From: Candidatus Heteroruminococcus faecigallinarum
GTDB taxonomy: Bacteria > Bacillota > Clostridia > Oscillospirales > Ruminococcaceae
Reading direction: 5' to 3'
Assembly (NCBI GenBank): GCA_904387055.1
Contig: CAJFKV010000003.1
Span: forward strand, 17,499 to 81,498
Length of the DNA: 64,000 nucleotides
Shown: positions 63,113 to 64,000 of the stretch, piece after piece
How positions within the stretch are numbered: the first letter of the stretch is position 1
Layout: each line of letters begins with the position of its first letter
Translations under genes and position numbers: made by a program
The notes under the pieces: model-generated
What the model was told of the DNA's origin: nothing
Database searches by the model: none
Seen by the model: only the letters and a program-made list of their open reading frames with translations

Positions 63113-64000
63113 ATGGAGCAAGACATGATCGTGATTCTGGACCTGGGGAGCGAGCAGAATGCCCAGATTGCCCGGGAGATTCGGGCGCTGGGGGTGTACT
63201 CGGAGATTCATCCCCACGATATTTCCAAGGGGGAGCTGGAGGCCCTGCCCAATGTGCGGGGGATTATCCTCAACGGCGGGAAGAACCGGGTGGTGGACGG
63301 CAAGGCCATCGACGCGGGCGAGCACGTGTACCACTGCGGGCTGCCGGTGCTGGCGGTGGACCATCCCCCGGTGGCGGACAGCCTGCCTGCCTGGCCCCAG
63401 GAGGACGAGGAGAGAAAGGCGCTGCTGAGCCGGTTTGTCTTTGACAGCTGCAAGGCGGCGGCCAACTGGAACATGAAGAACTTCGTGGCCGACCAGGTGG
63501 AGCTGCTGCGGCGGCAGATCGGCGGGCGGAAGGTGCTGCTGGCCCTATCGGGCGGGGTGGACAGCTCGGTGGTGGCGGCGCTGCTGATTAAGGCGGTGGG
63601 CGACCAGTTGACCTGTGTCCATGTGAACCACGGCCTGCTGCGGAAAGGGGAGCCGGAACAGGTGGTGGAGGTGTTCCGCCATCAGATGAAGGCCAACCTG
63701 ATCTATGTGGACGCGGTGGACCGGTTCCTGGACAAGCTGGCCGGCGTGGCCGACCCGGAGCAGAAGCGGAAGATCATCGGGGCGGAGTTTATCCGCGTCT
63801 TTGAAGAAGAGGCCCGGAAGCTGGAAGGGATCGACTGCCTGGGGCAGGGAACCATCTACCCGGACATCCTGGAGAGCGGCACCAAGACGGCCAAGATGGT
63901 GAAGAGCCATCACAACGTGGGCGGCCTGCCGGAGGACATGACCTTCGAGCTGGTGGAGCCCCTCAAGCAGCTGTTCAAGGACGAGGTGCGGGCCTGCGGG
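63113..64000 (+). CDS. guaA: GMP synthase (ATP-pyrophosphatase part intact, N-terminal glutaminase domain vestigial); the 3-prime end is off the window
   Basis: Not in the track (no stop). RBS AAAGGGAGG. MEQDMIVILDLGSEQNAQIAREIRALGVY..., PP-loop LLALSGGVDSSV, KRKIIGAEFIRVFEEEA, KSHHNVGGLP. Confidence 0.88.
   Translation, partial: MEQDMIVILDLGSEQNAQIAREIRALGVYSEIHPHDISKGELEALPNVRGIILNGGKNRVVDGKAIDAGEHVYHCGLPVLAVDHPPVADSLPAWPQEDEERKALLSRFVFDSCKAAANWNMKNFVADQVELLRRQIGGRKVLLALSGGVDSSVVAALLIKAVGDQLTCVHVNHGLLRKGEPEQVVEVFRHQMKANLIYVDAVDRFLDKLAGVADPEQKRKIIGAEFIRVFEEEARKLEGIDCLGQGTIYPDILESGTKTAKMVKSHHNVGGLPEDMTFELVEPLKQLFKDEVRACG

Overview
GC-rich chromosomal segment from a spore-forming Firmicute (Clostridia; the gene content and codon style look Oscillospiraceae-like, which is inference). 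Coding density is high. Most long Pro/Arg/Gly-rich ORFs in the track are antisense or out-of-frame shadows of real genes. I support about 65 protein genes, 2 tRNAs, one T-box leader and a set of promoters and terminators.

Housekeeping genes: argS, murI, ddl, upp, two tandem rpiB-family genes, tsaB/tsaE, a SEDS gene, gltX, the ACT-hom-thrB-aspartate kinase operon, T-box-valS, folC, rbsK, an M18 aminopeptidase and guaA.

Sporulation genes: spoIIE, spoIIAA-spoIIAB-sigF, a YtvI-like gene and an alpha/beta SASP with a forespore-type promoter.

Other modules: a metal-homeostasis cluster (CorA, ZIP, an atypical P1B ATPase operon, ferritin), a BlaI/BlaR1-like module, a YtrA-type ABC operon, and a more AT-rich cassette next to a truncated LysR gene.

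I saw no CRISPR array, rRNA, transposase, integrase or obvious prophage or defence genes.

Most interesting observations:
1. A three-gene operon built around a P1B ATPase whose TM4 metal site reads YSCA instead of CPC.
2. A recurring 16-bp palindrome, GTTAG-N6-CTAAC, at the promoters of the ZIP gene, the ATPase operon and a distant peroxiredoxin gene.
3. A guaA whose glutaminase domain is vestigial.
4. A BlaR1-type protease with an unrecognisable sensor domain.
5. A structured noncoding stretch bracketed by terminators next to tRNA-Pro.

All functional calls rest on motif recognition by eye. No database search was run.
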